The notes below the pieces were generated by a model. The model worked only from the letters and a program-made list of their open reading frames with translations. It was not told the origin of the DNA and made no database searches. DNA of 63,809 bases, the filler included, from Thraustochytrium aureum (lineage: Eukaryota): assembly GCA_012862495.1 (NCBI GenBank). It is 6 parts of 5 records of this genome, joined end to end, with 100 filler letters (N's around TTAATTAATTAA, not from the genome) between each part and the next. Parts side by side here need not be neighbours in the genome. Positions count along the whole stretch, not along the records: positions 13,649 to 35,864 come from BLSG01000270.1; 5 more parts are not named here. One strand, written 5' to 3'. Shown here piece after piece: positions 20,610-33,984 of this stretch; position 1 is the first letter of the stretch; every line of letters starts with the position of its first letter. Both the position numbers and the translations under genes were made by a program.

Positions 20610-21212
20610 ATGCTCGCCGCCGCCTTCGGCGGCGCGCGAGGCTCGCTGCTGGTGAGGGCGGCGCTGCTGAGGCCTGCGGCGAATGGGGCTGGCGCGGCTG
20701 TGTGGCATGGAGGGTCGGCAGGGTTTGCGATGCTGCCCCCGCCCGAGTTGCCCGTGCCGAAACTGAACAAGAAGTGGAGGCGCAAGCTGCCCGCGATATT
20801 GGAAGCGTGGGGCGGCAAGATGCCGCCGCCCGTGATCTCGACCGATCCGGAGATTTTTGCGGCGCAGCAGCGTATCTTTGGGTACCGGGACCCCTCGCCG
20901 GTGAAAACGATGCGCAAGAAGAACGAGCGCTACTTTCGCCAAGCAGCCGCCGTTTCAGACTGGTACGCTCCGGACGTGTCCGAGTTTAAGCAGGGCGTTA
21001 TGGAGGAGCTCAGGTGGAAGAAGCGCGAGCTCAGGAAGGGCAAGGTGCTCGCTTCCGGCGAGTCGCTAGAGGAGATCGAGGCCGCTCTCACAGTGTTTCG
21101 CTACACCCCCGACGAGATTCGCCGCGCTCGAAAGCTCCAAGGCCTCAAGCGGCGCGGGAAAGGCCCGCCCAAAAAGGGCCAGGGCAAGCGCGCAGCCAAG
21201 AAGAAAAAGTAA
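20610..21212 (+). CDS. MRPS33: Mitochondrial small-subunit ribosomal protein mS33 (Rsm27-like)
   Basis: Arg/Ala-rich presequence, then QQRIFG, DWYAP and the diagnostic C-terminus RRGKGPPKKGQGKRAAKKKK. Confidence 0.85.
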   Translation: MLAAAFGGARGSLLVRAALLRPAANGAGAAVWHGGSAGFAMLPPPELPVPKLNKKWRRKLPAILEAWGGKMPPPVISTDPEIFAAQQRIFGYRDPSPVKTMRKKNERYFRQAAAVSDWYAPDVSEFKQGVMEELRWKKRELRKGKVLASGESLEEIEAALTVFRYTPDEIRRARKLQGLKRRGKGPPKKGQGKRAAKKKK

Positions 21213-21252
21213 ACAAACATGTGAACCGCGCTTTCGCGATTTTAGCCACCTA

Positions 21253-21355
21253 CGACTCCGCCGCGATGCCCCGACGTGCGACGCTCAGGCCACCGCCGTG
21301 CGACTCCGCCGCGATGCCCCAAAGTGCGACTGCTCAGGCCACCGCCGTGCGACTC
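21253..21355. repeat. ~48-bp direct repeat, 2+ copies, between convergent 3' ends
   Basis: CGACTCCGCCGCGATGCCCC...GTGCGAC(T)GCTCAGGCCACCGCCGTG at 21253-21300 and 21301-21349, followed by CGACTC. Confidence 0.85.
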
Positions 21356-21366
21356 AGCCCTTCTCC

Positions 21367-24300
21367 TCAGGCCAGCACCGTGCGCTGGTTGAAAGTCATC
21401 TGGCACACACGTTCGAATTCGGCCCACTCGAGCGAGCCAGATTCGTCTGCATCGAATTGCAGAAAGATCGCAGAGATGCGGTTGAAAGCGGAGGCGCGGA
21501 GCAGCGGGCGCAGCACGGGCGACTCTTTGATGAGCTGCAGGATGATCATGTCGGATTTTAGCGCCTCGCGCAGCTCGTAAATCGAGATCGACCCGTCCCC
21601 GTCGCGGTCCATGGCGTCGAAGAGCTTGCGAAAGTCTACGCGGCTCGAGCGCTCCTGCTCCGACTCGTTGAGCGTCCGCCCAAACACGCGCAGGAACTCT
21701 TCAAGGCTGACGTCACCGGAGCTGTCGGCGTCAATCGACTGGAAGATGATGTCGCACAGCTCGTCGTCCATCAAGAGCCCGAGCGACGGATACTCCTTCG
21801 CGAGCTCTTGCAGTAGCGACTGCTCCCGCACTGCCTTCTTCAGCTCCCGGAGCGACACAAAGCCGTCTCCGCTTGTGTCGAGCTGCGCAAACAGCATGCT
21901 GAGCGCATCGTCGCTCACCACGGCTTCGCTTTGCTGTTCTGGCTTTTCGCTCGCTGCCGACTCGGCGAGTGACATGGCGCTGACGGGGACCTTGGATAGC
22001 TTCCCCTTGCGCGCGTTGAGGTTGCGCGAGCCCGGCTTGCGCAAGCTAGGGCTGGAGAGCTTGCTCGGCACTCCAAGCGCAGCCATCAGGGCGTCCGCCC
22101 CGGGCTGGCCCTCCGTTGTTATAGAACGCTCACTAAGGAGACCGCCAGAATGGCTCGGCCCACCTGAGCCCTTGCGCAGCACGCGCAGAGAGGCTTTGCT
22201 CGTCCCGAACCGAATTTTGCGCTCCGCATCGCTCGCTCTGGCCCGCGCCGACTGGCCCACGGCTGTTTTGCTGCGCTTTACTGAGGCGCTTTGGCGCCTG
22301 GAGCGCTTGTCTGCTTGCCCGGGACCAAAGTCGACAAAGATGTTCTGCGCCTTTGCGTACCTGCCCAGCATTTGAGCGCGCAATCCGTCAAACGACTGGC
22401 CCGTGGGCGCGAGCTTGCTGTCTACGTCGGCGCGCAGCTGATTGAGGAGCAACGAATTGGCCGGAACTTGCGCGGCTGCCGTTCGCGGCCGAACCCGCGA
22501 TGGAGACGACCGTTTTGGCCGAGACCCCGTTGCCTCGCTCGTTCGCGGTCGCACCCCGCGCTCAAAAACAAGCGGCGGAAGCTGCGCGGGGCTTTGGTGT
22601 CCGTCACTAAACATCTCGCTGTTGTTGCTGACGGCTGGGACCCCGTGGCCCTGGTGAGTCGCCGCAGCGTCGTCGTGCGCCTGCGCTTGCCACGCCCCTT
22701 CGCCGACAGTGTAGTGGTGAAAGATCTGCATTTCGTACGCCCCGATTCCACGCGGCCGGCCCAGCACCTCAATTCGGCGCTTTGGTTCGGTCGCGTGTGT
22801 CGGCGTTTTGGTCTCGAGATCGATTGCGTTCGGAAGCCAACGTGACGGGAAGGGCCGAAGGGCCGGCGCGTTGGTCCCCGCGTCGACAGTTGCGACGAGG
22901 TCGCCCCGTCCGGCGCTGTCCTGGTCGTCCTCTACTACCATGGCTACCTCAGTGCTCAAGATGGCCTGCGACTGTGTGCGCCATGTCTTTGTGTTCTCCA
23001 CGGCGGTCGAGCTGAGCTGCGTCCAAAAGTCTTTGTTGTACTCCTTTCGCTTGAGCAGCTCGAGCTGGCCGCGAGCTTCTCTGGCGTGCCTTTCGTCGCT
23101 GGCTCTCTGAGCAGCCCAGCGCTTCTTCATCTGGTTCGTGATCTTTGGTTGAGCTGCCGCGCGGGCGGCCTTTTCCGTGCGGCCCTTTCCGCTTCTTCGC
23201 GCACCTGCTGCGCCTGTTTGGCCACGTTGCGCTCCGTGAGCTGGGACTGCATTTTTGAGAACGCAGACAACGCGTCGACGTCGCCACGGGCTTCGAAAAT
23301 GTTTTGCGCCTGCTCTGCCTCAATCTCAATGCTCCTGATGGACTCGAAATACTCGTCACTCATCTTTTCGGCCAGGGTCTTCCTCTTTTCTTGCGAGGCC
23401 GCCGGGAGCGGCTCGATTGCTGCGAACTGGCGCAGCGGGGCGAGCCCTAGTTCATCTTCGCCCTCGTCTTCGCTGCCCTCGACTTCGTCGCCCTCGTCTT
23501 GGCGGCCCTCGCAGCCTTTCCCACGGAGCGAGGCTTTCCCTTCTTCAGGAGTCGCTTCTGTGTCTTGAGGACACTCCATGCTGCTCCCTGCGCTGGCCAA
23601 GCCCCGCGCATTGTTCCTCGCCGTCGCGGCGCTGCGCTCTTCGCACGGGTCTGCGCCTTCCTCGCCGCCGCTTGCGGTCTCGCTTGCAAGAACCTCTGGC
23701 TCCGCATCTACAGGGCTGGCGTCCAGTGCAGCGATTCCTCTGCGTCCCACAACCCGGGGCCTTCCTCGTCAGGGTCGGTGGCACTTGCATCTTGCAATGA
23801 ATCCAAGCTCGCGTCCAAGCTTGCGCTTTGGCTGCTTGGGTCCTCCGCCGGGACCTCCTCCGCTTGCTGGTCCTGCGGCATGTCCCGCGCAATTTCGGGC
23901 GGCAGCGCGGCGCCTGCAACTTCGCCTCCGGCTTCTGCAATGTCCGCGTCAGCAGCATCACTCTCCACATCAGACGCGCCGCTTTGCCCGCCTTCCACGT
24001 CGGAGGTCGTTGCTTCCGGGCCGAAGGCTTCGAATGCTGGCAGCTCTGTCTCCGCGAAGAGTTTGCTGAGCCGAATAAGCTTGGCCTTCTCGCCGCCAAG
24101 CTTTTCGCTCTCGGAAAGAAGCCTTTTGCTCTCAGAGAGCAGGTCCTCGAGCCGGGCAAGCCCGTCCGCCTGGCTACTAGCTGGTGCCGGTCCGCCGCTA
24201 GCGCTTCCTGGCACTTGGCAAGCGAGGCTCGCACGATGCACGGTCGCCCTGTGATGCAGCGCTGTGAGCTCCTTCTGGGCGACCTTGCGCGTCGCAGAGC

Positions 24301-24520
24301 AGAAAAACCCTGCAGGCGGCTCCCATGCGGACTCGCCCGTGGACTCGTTCAGGTAGTAGTGCGCGTTCGAGCTTGGGTCAAAGAGCATGACCCAGGTGCC
24401 CCACATCACCGCGCTCGGGTGCTCGTACATTGCGGCTCCCGTCGCATCGTGAAAGTAATAGTTGCCATATTCTGCGTCCTCCACGCACGTCCAACCCACT
24501 GGCGCTTCCAAGTAGTCCAT
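21367..24520 (-). CDS. WW-domain + C-terminal EF-hand protein, split by two single-base frameshifts
   Basis: Two N-terminal WW domains (GWTCVEDAEYGNYYFHDATGAAMYEHP; WVMLFDPSSNAHYYLNESTGESAWEPP) and four EF loops (DTSGDGFVSLRE, DADSSGDVSLEE, DRDGDGSISIYE, DADESGSLEWAE). Adding one base near 23735 and one near 23175 joins three ORFs. Confidence 0.7.
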
Positions 24521-25194
24521 GGCGGCGGCAGCTCTCGCGCGGCTGCTCGTTCGCGGCGGGCTCTGTCCTCTGTGCGCCGCGCAGACTGGCAGCAAAGCCG
24601 TCGCGGCCTCCGTGCCGTCGCGGCCGCTGCCCACGCGGCGCCACCGTCTTTGCGCAGCCCAGCCAACTGCTGCACGACCAAGGCCAGGCGGCTGTCTCGT
24701 CACCAAATTCCACCCACCACAGAGTCCTCGTCAGCGGACATGCTCCACATCCCGGCTCGCAACGGCGTGGTGACCATGGCCAAAGCCCACCCGCCAGACA
24801 GGCACATGACCTCAAAAACGCACTTGAGATTTATCTGGACCTCCAGAGCAAAAGCAAAACGCCTCTCCGCGCCGACCGTCCATGCCGCAGCCCGGAGCAT
24901 CCGCGCCGCGCCCGCCGCAGTCGCGCAGGCCGCGCCGAGGCCCCGGCTATTGCAACTTTCCACCGACGGTCCAGAATTCGCTGCAAAGTACACACNNNNN
25001 NNNNNNNNNNNNNNNNNNNNNNNNNNNNNNNNNNNNNNNNNNNNNNNNNNNNNNNNNNNNNNNNNNNNNNNNNNNNNNNNNNNNNNNNNNNNNNNNNNNN
25101 NNNNNNNNNNNNNNNNNAAGCTTGGAAGCGGCGAAAAGTGCTCGACGAACGCGACGAGACGCGAGCGACCGCAGGCGGCCGCGCGGTGGAGGAG

Positions 25195-26322
25195 ATGGAG
25201 GAAGGCAAGTATGAGGACGAGGAGGTCGCCGAGATGTCTGCGCGCCTCGACGAGGCCAAGATGGACTTTGACGACGAGGAGGGCGGGCCTGGCGGCCAAG
25301 AGGATGAGGGGAACTACGAAGACGAGGACGAAGACGAGGACGACGAGGAGGACGAGGACGAACGCGACCATGAGACTGCTCTGGTCGAAAGCAAGAGCAA
25401 CGCGGTTGACGATGACGACGTCCTGCCAAGTGAGGTGACGGATCCAAAGGTGATGGAGTTTCTGAAAATCTTGGACGAGTATCGGCTCAAGTGCGAGAGC
25501 GAAGGCAACTACGCTGAGGCAGAGCGCGCCTCCAAGCAGCTGGACAACTTGCGCAAGCAGGAGATGAAGCGGCAGAACAAGGCGCTCAAGGCACGGCAGC
25601 TGAGCGAGAAACAGAGCATCCAGATGGCGCACAACCTGCAGTTCAGCGAGTTCAACGCGGCCTGGGACAAGTACATGGGCGAATTTGACGAGATGAGTGC
25701 GCAGTATATTCAGCAGATGACCGCGCGACATGCCGAAGAGCTCCGCCAGTTCCAAGAGGACATGCACGCCAAAATTGCTGCCCGGCCGCCAAAGTTCAGT
25801 CGTGAGCTGCTCGAGTGGCGCCGCCGCGAGCACATGCTGGCGCGCCAAAAGGACTACGCGCAGGCGCAGAAGATCAAGGCTATCGCTGACAAGATGGAGG
25901 CCAAGGAGCGCTCCAAGCTGGACGGCGAGTTCCAGAGCTCCTTCGCGGCAAAGGAGGGGCGTTTCCGCGCCCAGCAGCAGGCCGAACTCAACGCCCTGCT
26001 CAAGCGTATTGAGGTGCGTCGCAAGGAGCACCTGTCGCAGCGCAACCTCGACAGCAAGCGCTTGCTCCAACGCAACCGGAACGTGCAAGCAGTGCTGGAG
26101 AGCAAGCAGACCGTCGAGGAGCGCATTGCCAAGACAGAGATCAAGACGCGCCTTACGCGCCCGCGGAACGGCGTGTTTGGCTCGCCAGCGGCGCAGGCCA
26201 CGACGGCGGCGCCAAAGCAGAAACGCGCCGCGAAGGCGCTTCGAGACAAGCGCGCCGACCTCGACGAGCCTGTGCCCAAGGCGCCGTCTGGGCTCACAGA
26301 GTCCACGTTTCTCACCGGCTAG
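25195..26322 (+). CDS. Coiled-coil protein with acidic N-terminus and UVR-like motif (family seen in ciliated protists)
   Basis: LDEYRLKCESEGNYAEAERASKQLDNL, PKFSRELLEWRRREHMLARQKDYAQAQKIK and RLLQRNRN. Strongly GC3-biased coding pattern. Confidence 0.75.
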   Translation: MEEGKYEDEEVAEMSARLDEAKMDFDDEEGGPGGQEDEGNYEDEDEDEDDEEDEDERDHETALVESKSNAVDDDDVLPSEVTDPKVMEFLKILDEYRLKCESEGNYAEAERASKQLDNLRKQEMKRQNKALKARQLSEKQSIQMAHNLQFSEFNAAWDKYMGEFDEMSAQYIQQMTARHAEELRQFQEDMHAKIAARPPKFSRELLEWRRREHMLARQKDYAQAQKIKAIADKMEAKERSKLDGEFQSSFAAKEGRFRAQQQAELNALLKRIEVRRKEHLSQRNLDSKRLLQRNRNVQAVLESKQTVEERIAKTEIKTRLTRPRNGVFGSPAAQATTAAPKQKRAAKALRDKRADLDEPVPKAPSGLTESTFLTG

Positions 26323-26961
26323 TCCTCTGGAGATGTACCCGCCCCGTCGACCGGGCGAGCGGCTAGCGCTCCCTCGGCTCGACGTTAAAACCCCCATGCC
26401 TTTCTATGAATGACTAGTGCAGATTGAGGCCGAGCCCAACTTGATAGCCCAAGAGACTGCGCCATCGGCCACTCCGCCGAGGAGCAATCCAGGCATCAGC
26501 AACAGCATCAACTCGAACAGCACCGGCCTCGTCAGCAGCGCGAAAGACGCGCGCCCAGACCTGCAGCCACATCCACGAGCCGCCGCAAAAAACCTTCACC
26601 AATTGGTCTCCGCGTCCATCACGGCCTCAGTCGTTGTGGCCATCCTGGCCCCAGCCAGAAGCAACTCGATCACCATCGTCATGGCCACCATCGTCATCTG
26701 CAGCAGCAGCAGCAGCAGCCCCGCAAAGCAAGCCGTCCACGATGTGCGTCCGCCCCACATTGCAACGGCTGCTCGCGTCCCATCCAAGGTCAAACTTGCT
26801 GCGCCAAAGACAGTGTCGGACGCCTTCCAGCCAGCCAGCCTGCCTGCCTGCCAGCCTGCCTGTCGGCGCACGGGAAGGTGGTTTTTGGAGGAGCTGGCGG
26901 CCAACGGTGCGGGGATCTGCTTGGACCTTGGTCCGGCTCGGGACCTGGGGCTCCTGCTGCG

Positions 26962-28564
26962 ATGGGCGAAGCCAAGATGCCGGGTGGACGAGGCGCTGGG
27001 CGCAAGGAGCAGGCGAGCAAGGCGTTCCTGGCGATGTCGAGGTTTCGCAGACGCAGGTACGAAGGCTGCGTGGAGCTGTGCACGGAGATTCTGGCGGATA
27101 ACCCCTACGACAAGGCGATCTGGCTGCTCAAGTGCCAAGCACTTACAGCGATGACGTACATTGACGACTCGGATTTGGAGGAGCAAGGCATCGCCGACTT
27201 TTTGCTGGACGACAATGCGACGGCCTCAATGCCCCGGCCCGGGACCTCGCTCCACGCGGCGCAGGGCCAAGGCGGGCCTGCCAACCGCGCTCTGGACCCC
27301 GCCGTTCGCCCCCATGTCCAACGCCGGCCGGCCCACGTCCGGGTTCGTGCGACCCAGCACCCAGTCGTCCTCGGTGCGGCCAGGGACGAACGAAGCAGGT
27401 AGCCGTGCTGCGCTCGAAACCGCGATGCGCAAGACGGGGCGGCCCGGCACTAGTCGCCCAGTCACGGCGCTCGGTCGGCACGTGCGCCTTGGCACGGCGT
27501 CGATGCGAAGCGAGATGGACGGGCCCTTCATCGACGTCAACAGACTCGACCTCCGAAAGTACGCGCATAGGCCAGCTCTGGCGCGGGCACTGGAGGACTT
27601 TTTGCTCTACCACGACCACAACCCGCGCAAAGCGCTCGAGCTAGCGGCGGAAGCAACCAAGGCCTGCGGGTACGAGTGCTGGTGGTGGAAGCAGCGGCTC
27701 GGCAAGTGCTATTACCTGCTGGGCTTGTACCGGGACGCAGAGCAGCAGCTCAAGAGCTCGATGCGCCTCCACCAGAGCGTAGACACCGTTCTCGACCTCG
27801 GCAAGGTGTACTTGCGCCTCGACCAGCCGCGCAACGCGCTCGATACGTACGCAAGCGCGCTCGAGTGGTACCCGGGGTCCACGGCGCTGTTGATCGCTAT
27901 TGCGCGCACGCACGACCTGCTCCTGGACGCAGACGAGGCGCTCAAGGGCTACAAGCGCGTGCTCAAGGAAGACCCCAGCAACGTGGAAGCGATCGCAAGC
28001 CTCGGTGCGCACTACTTTTACTCGGACCAACCCGAAGTCGCCCTGCGCTTTTACCGCCGGCTCCTCGAGTCAACGCAGACCGGCGCCGACAACAAGGCCA
28101 GCGCAGAACTGTGGAACAACGTCGGGCTCTGCTGCTTTTTCGCAGGACAGTACGACATGACCCTTCGCTGCTTTGAAAACGCCCTTGCGGCCGCTGACGA
28201 TTCAAACCTAGCAGACGTGTGGTACAACATCGGGCACGTCGCGATCGGTATCGGCGACCTTGGCCTCGCGTACCAGTGCTGCAAGGTCGCCGTGTCGATC
28301 GACCCGACGCACGCCGAGGCCTGGAACAACCTCGGCGTTCTGGAAGTGCGCAAGGGCAACCTCAACGAAGCCGCCGCTGGATTCGGGAGCGCACGCGAGG
28401 GCTCGGCCTATGCATTCGAGCCTAGGTACAACGCGGCGTTGCTGGCTTTCAAGCGCGGCGACTTCGACTCGAGCTTTGCGCTGGCCTCCGAGTCGAAGCG
28501 GCTGTACGCAGCAAACCCAAACACGGACGAACTCTTGGACGCCCTGCGCAAGCGGCTGTGCTAG
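26962..28564 (+). CDS. TTC8: BBSome subunit BBS8 (TPR protein); one extra C near 27308-27312
   Basis: AMSRFRRRRYEGCVELCTEILADNPYDKAIWLLKCQALT, PRPGTSL, RPMSNAGRPTSGFVRP, VRLGTASM, WWWKQRLGKCYY and YFYSDQPEVALRFYRRLL. Confidence 0.93.
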
Positions 28565-28878
28565 TTGGCAGACCCGCTTGCGCCGGCTCGCTCTAGCTAG
28601 GGCTGGCTGCGCTTGTTGCGTCGCTCGTCGCGCGAGCTGCGCGAGTTGGTGCCGGCCCGGGGCAGTCGGAAGGCTTGAGCTTTTCATGATGGATGTTGTT
28701 TTTTGAGTACCAGAGTGGTAGTAGTAGGTACAAGTACTCAGATCTATAGTTGCGAGTCCTACGGTTTCGCCTGCAGATCCACCGCCCCGTCCACGACATC
28801 GTCGATTCTGTCTCAAGCGCTCGCCGACTCTTGCCCAGCAGGCAGCAGCGCCTTGGTCTCCCATTGTAAAAAGCAGAG

Positions 28879-31800
28879 CTAGGGCGCTGGAAGCACGCGG
28901 TTGTCGCGCGCCGCTCCGGCCGGTTCAGAGTCGACGAACGACATCGCGTGTACCGAACCAGACTCAAGCCCAGCAAGGCCGGTCATCTCAATCGCGTGCT
29001 CCTCAACAGGGCCGTCCTCGTTCGGCTGTCCTCGCACCGCGTCGAGGAGCGGGTCGTGCGAGTCGGTGGCGTCGAGCGGGATCGTCGTGTGCAGGGACGA
29101 GAGCGACGTGCGGACTGGCGCAGACATCGGCGCCAGCTCGCGGGGCGCCCCAGAATCAGAGAGCTTGAGCGACATCGCCTCGCGCATAGGCCCAATCGAG
29201 CTGCGCAGGAGCGAGTTGACGAGGCTGCGCACGCGCTCATCTTCGGGGTGGTCATAGTCAAACGCAGAGCGGTCAGCCCCGCGGCGAATGTTTTTGATGT
29301 TGGCGGCCGCGAAGAGCTCTGAGATGGCGTTCTGCGGGATCGTGAGCGGCTGCGCAATGCGTCGAAATATCTTGTTGACTTTGCGAAGCCGAGACTTTTT
29401 GTTCCCGGTCGACTCGCCAAAGCCACGGTCGATCTCGATAACAATGTCGACGACGCTGGGGAAGAACTCCTTTCGAACGTAGATCGCAAAGACGTCGTAG
29501 ACCATGCACATCGCCGTGACCAGAAAGACGTTGCTCCACAGGTAGCCCGTGACCCCGTCGCCGGCCCAGAGCACCGTGGGGCCGAACTGGACGTAGATGG
29601 TGGGGTCGGTCGAGTAGTAGATGGGCTCGAAGACCAGCATGCAGAAATAGCCAAAAATGACGACGCCCACATTGAGCCAGGTCCAGGTATACGTCTCCAG
29701 GCAAGAGCGACTCACACAAACCCAAATGCATGCCATGTACACGGTCGTGCCCAGCGCAGAGATGTTGACACCGCGCGGCGCGGCCCAAATGATGCAAATC
29801 GCGCAGATCAGGAACGCGTGCAGGAAGGACTTGAAAATATACTCTAGCGCGCTGCCCTTGTCGAGGTGCAGGTTGCGCCGGCCCGAAATGTACATGGCTG
29901 GGTACTCGAGCGCGGTTTTGCGGGAGATGTCCTTGTTGAGGCACGCGATCACCGCAATGGGGATCTGCGTCGGGTAGCTGTACACCGTGGTGAGAAACAC
30001 CCAGTACAGCGCAGACCCGCTAAACTTGTTGTAAAAGTTGTACACGAACGCAGTCAGCACAAAGAGGATGTTGGCGTAGAACACGAAAAGCACCATCGTG
30101 GCAGCGCGGCGGTAGTTCCACCGTCCGTGCACCAACATGAGCTCTTGCAAGAACCGAAACTGCGCGATCGCAAAATCGGCGCTGTTCACGGCCTGACGGC
30201 CTTCATGGCCGCTGATCCCCACGCCGACCCTGGCCTCCTGGATCATGGCCACGTCGTTGGCGCCGTCCCCTATTGCCAACGTGATCGGGCTCGAGCCGTC
30301 CTGCATGCGCACGCCCTTCTTGACCATGCGCACGATGAGCGCCTTCTGCTTTGGGCTTACGCGGCACGCCACTACCACAGAACAGAGCCGCGCGATGGAC
30401 AGCAGGAGCTCCTCCGACTCGACAGTCCCGAGCTCGGTCTTGAGCAAGCCGCGCAGGGCCGGCCCGGTTAGCACAAGCGCCATGTTTTGCGCCTCGAAGC
30501 CGTCAAGGTTCTTTTCCGTGCCCTTGAGCTCGCGCTCGTTCACGCGACCCTCTGAGGCGTTTTCGACACCAGGGGGCAGGGGCTGCGCGGCAGAGCGCCA
30601 CTCTCCCGCAGACGCGCCGCTTTCGAACAAGGCCCCCGCCTCTTCGCTAGCGGTGCGGCCCACGGTGCCACGACTTGTGCCCTGGCCGTCGCGTCCAAAG
30701 CTCATGTGCATGGTGTTCCACAGCTTGGACAGCGAAGGTATCGATCGGCGCTTCTTGGAGGGCGACGTCGCGCTGGATGTCGCGCTCATGGGCTCGCCAA
30801 ATGCAGAAGCGGCCTGACTGCGCGCTGTTGGCGGCGACTTGGCCCCCGCCATGCACTCGTCCACAGTGTGGGAGCGCGAGCGCTGCGACTCTGAGAGCAA
30901 AAGGCCGCCGCCGGCCTCGCCCGTCAAGCCCAGGTCCGAGTTGGCGTGTGCGGACGGAGCCTCGGCGCTCGCACCCTGAGGACGCGCAGAAGCCTCAGAT
31001 TCACTTAAAGAGCCCAGCACAGGTATGCGCGGGCTTCGCCCACGGGGCTGGCGCCGGTGCNNNNNNNNNNNNNNNNNNNNNNNNNNNNNNNNNNNNNNNN
31101 NNNNNNNNNNNNNNNNNNNNNNNNNNNNNNNNNNNNNNNNNNNNNNNNNNNNNNNNNNNNNNNNNNNNNNNNNNNNNNNNNNNNNNNNNNNNNNNNNNNN
31201 NNNNNNNNNNNNNNNNNNNNNNNNNNNNNNNNNNNNNNNNNNNNNNNNNNNNNNNNNNNNNNNNNNNNNNNNNNNNNNNNNNNNNNNNNNNNNNNCATCG
31301 CCGTCGCCGTTTTCTGTTGGAGAGCGAAACTGGCGCAGCGAGACAACGGAAAACGCCGCGCGGCCAGCCTTCTCGACGTGTTAATCGTCGAGCGACCTGC
31401 GCGCTCCACCGTATCGAGAGTGGCACGGCCCCGCTTTTCTCCATCGTGTTGACCGTGGTGGACCTCACGCCGTGGACGGCTTTGCCCAGAGTGGACATGG
31501 TCGAGGTCGCGCCGTGCTGGAGCAGGTTCTTCCCGGAACGCTCGCGGACCGCCTCCCGGCCGCGTTTGCGCTTCTCTGAATCCTCGGCGAGGTTTTGGGG
31601 CACGAGCAAGGCGTGGAGGTCGCGCAGGGTTGCTAGATTCTCCTCGCTCGACTCGCTGGTGATCCGAACGACCTCCATCTCGGGCGTGAACAAGCGCGCC
31701 GAGAACGAGATGTTGATCGCCGTTTCCACTTTGTCGCCCGTGAGGACCCAGGTCTTGACCCCGGCCTCGCGGAGCGCGACGAGGGTCTCGGGCACCCCGG

Positions 31801-33984
31801 CTTGCAGGCGGTCTTCGATGGCGCTCGCGCCGACGATGACCAAGTCCCGCTCGATTCGCTCGGCCGCGGCAGCGAGCAGCTCGGCGCGCCGCTCTCCGAG
31901 CGCGTTGGAGGCCTCGTCAAAGCCCACGCGCCACTCGGCGTACTCGTCTTCGGTGAGCTCGCGTTGCGCCATGACCAGCGTGCGCAAGCCGTCGTTGGCG
32001 AACGCGTCAAGGTGGCGCGCCAGCGTGGCCATCGCCTCTTGGTCTTGCGCAGAGGCCTGCTGGTTTGTGAGCTCGAACATGATTGTGTCAGCACCCTTTA
32101 CAAGGAGAACGAGCCTGCCGTCCGGCCGGCGGCACACGACCGACATGCGCTTGCGCGTCGAGTTGAAGTGATTGATGGCGAGGATTTCGAAATTGAGGAG
32201 CTCGCCGTTGCAGTCATCCAGCGAAAAGCACGCCTCCTCTTCCTCCTCTTCCTCCTCCCCCTCCTCGTCGGCTTGGTCGGCCTCCTTGTCGCCGTTGGCC
32301 GCGCGCTTGGCGCGCTCCTCGTCTTGCCGAACTTGGCGGCGCGTGGCCTCGAAGAGCCGGGCCTCCTCTTCCGTCGACAAGTCGAAGTTGACCGTATAGG
32401 TGCCGTTGTCGGTGGCGACGAGGCGCAGGCCGATCTCGGCGGCCGCGCTCACGAGCGCTTCCTCGTCAGGGCCCTCGGCGTTGTACTGGATCTTGCCGGT
32501 GGTGGTGTCCACCAGCACGGTGTGGCAGACTGAGAGGACGATGCAAAAGTCCATGAGAGCCGCGCGGTCCGCCGCCTTCGCCGGCGACTCGCTTCGCAAG
32601 AGTTTGATGGCGTCGGCAAAAATCTCTTTGATGGTGCAGCTCGAGTCCGATCCGGTGCCCTCCAGCCCGTTGCCGATCCCGAAAACGCGCCCGTTTACAG
32701 TGCAGCCCACGAGCTTCATCTCGTTGCGCGTGAGGGTCCCCGTCTTGTCGCTAAACAGGTATGAGACCTGGCCGAGCTCCTGCACGAGCTCCATCGTGTT
32801 GCACTTGGCGGGCGTGTCGGTTTCGGCGTGGTACATGTCGAGGTCCCAGTGGACGAACATGGCCTGCCAAAAGTTGCTGAATGTCATGCAGAACAGGAGG
32901 GAGATGGGCAGGAGGCTGCTGTAGAGAACGATAAACGTGCACACGTTGGCGATGTACGTCGGGAACTGAAAGGTGTTCTCCGAGGCCTGTCGGAGGTAGT
33001 ACAGCGAGGTGTTGTTCGGGTACCCGTATATCTCGATCAGCGAGCTCACCGTGCACAGGACGATGTCGACCGCGAGAATGAGCACGATGATCTTGTTGAT
33101 CAGCTTTTGGATGCGGCTCATCTTGCTCGGGGGATCGCTGCTGCTCTGCACCACCTTGGTCTCGGGGCCCGCGTAGAGGACGATGCCGAGCACCCAGGGC
33201 GTGTTGCGCAGCACTGAGCCGCGCAAGAGGATATTCGAGGTGTCGAGCGGGACGTCGGTGTACCCGTCTTTGGTGGGCTCGCGCATGTACCGCGTGTCAT
33301 CGAAGACGCGCGCGCTTCCCGAAAAGGTGAGGAAGGCGTTCGGGAGGTCGTATGTGATCACCGCCCGCAGCGAGGCCGCCTGGTCGGGCAGGAGCAACGG
33401 TCCACCAGGTCCTTGGCCACGTGCTTGATCTTAAGGTTGGTTTCGCCGTCGATGTTGGCAGTCTCCACGTAGCACTTGTTGCCCACGGCGCACGAGGTCA
33501 CAAACAGCAGGTCGGCCGGGAACTGGGCGCGGTCGTGGACCTTGAGCAGGTCGCCGGGCCGGACGTCGGCCCAGGGAATCTCCTCCATGTGGCCGTCCCC
33601 TGGCCGCAGCCGGTAGGCTATCCGCGCGTTCACCTCGCGGTCCTCGCGGTGGCGCTTGATGTCGTAGTACCCCTCGAATGCCATCGTGAAGCCGACGACC
33701 AGCACCAGGCCGAGCAGCGTCCCGGCGGCCGAGTAGGGGCTCTCGAATAGGTTGGTGTTCGTCCCGAGGATGGCCAGCACCACGATTACCAAAAAGTAGA
33801 TGTTGCTCAGGTTGCGAAACTGCTCGAAGCCGCACTTGAAGACGAAGTTTAGCAAGGTGTACCGCGCGGTTTTCACCATGTTGTTTGGCCGCGTGCCGCG
33901 GTCCACCACGGGTAGCTCCATTTCTAGCTGCTCCAGCTTCGCCGCGCGCGACCTGCACCACGGGATGCACCTGCACCAGCCCAT
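28879..33984 (-). CDS. P4-type ATPase (phospholipid flippase); internal gap and frameshifts
   Basis: NMVKTARYT, EQFRNLSNIYF, ETANIDGETNLK, LLRGSVLRNT, PISL, FSDKTGTLTRN (phosphorylation site), PDEEALV, IEDRLQ, WVLTGDKVETAINI, CRVSPKQKA, IGDGANDVAMIQEA and LVHGRWNYRR. Confidence 0.93.

Noticed and set aside
3840..33420. Frequent frameshifts in conserved genes (NIPBL ~5008 and ~3860, WW/EF-hand ~23735 and ~23175, BBS8 ~27310, P4-ATPase ~33388) as programmed ribosomal frameshifting or RNA editing
   Set aside because: The shifts go in both directions, share no slippery or stop motif, and are each repaired by +/-1 base in a short homopolymer. This is the signature of pyrosequencing-type error in a gappy draft. 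The genes are not called pseudogenes either.
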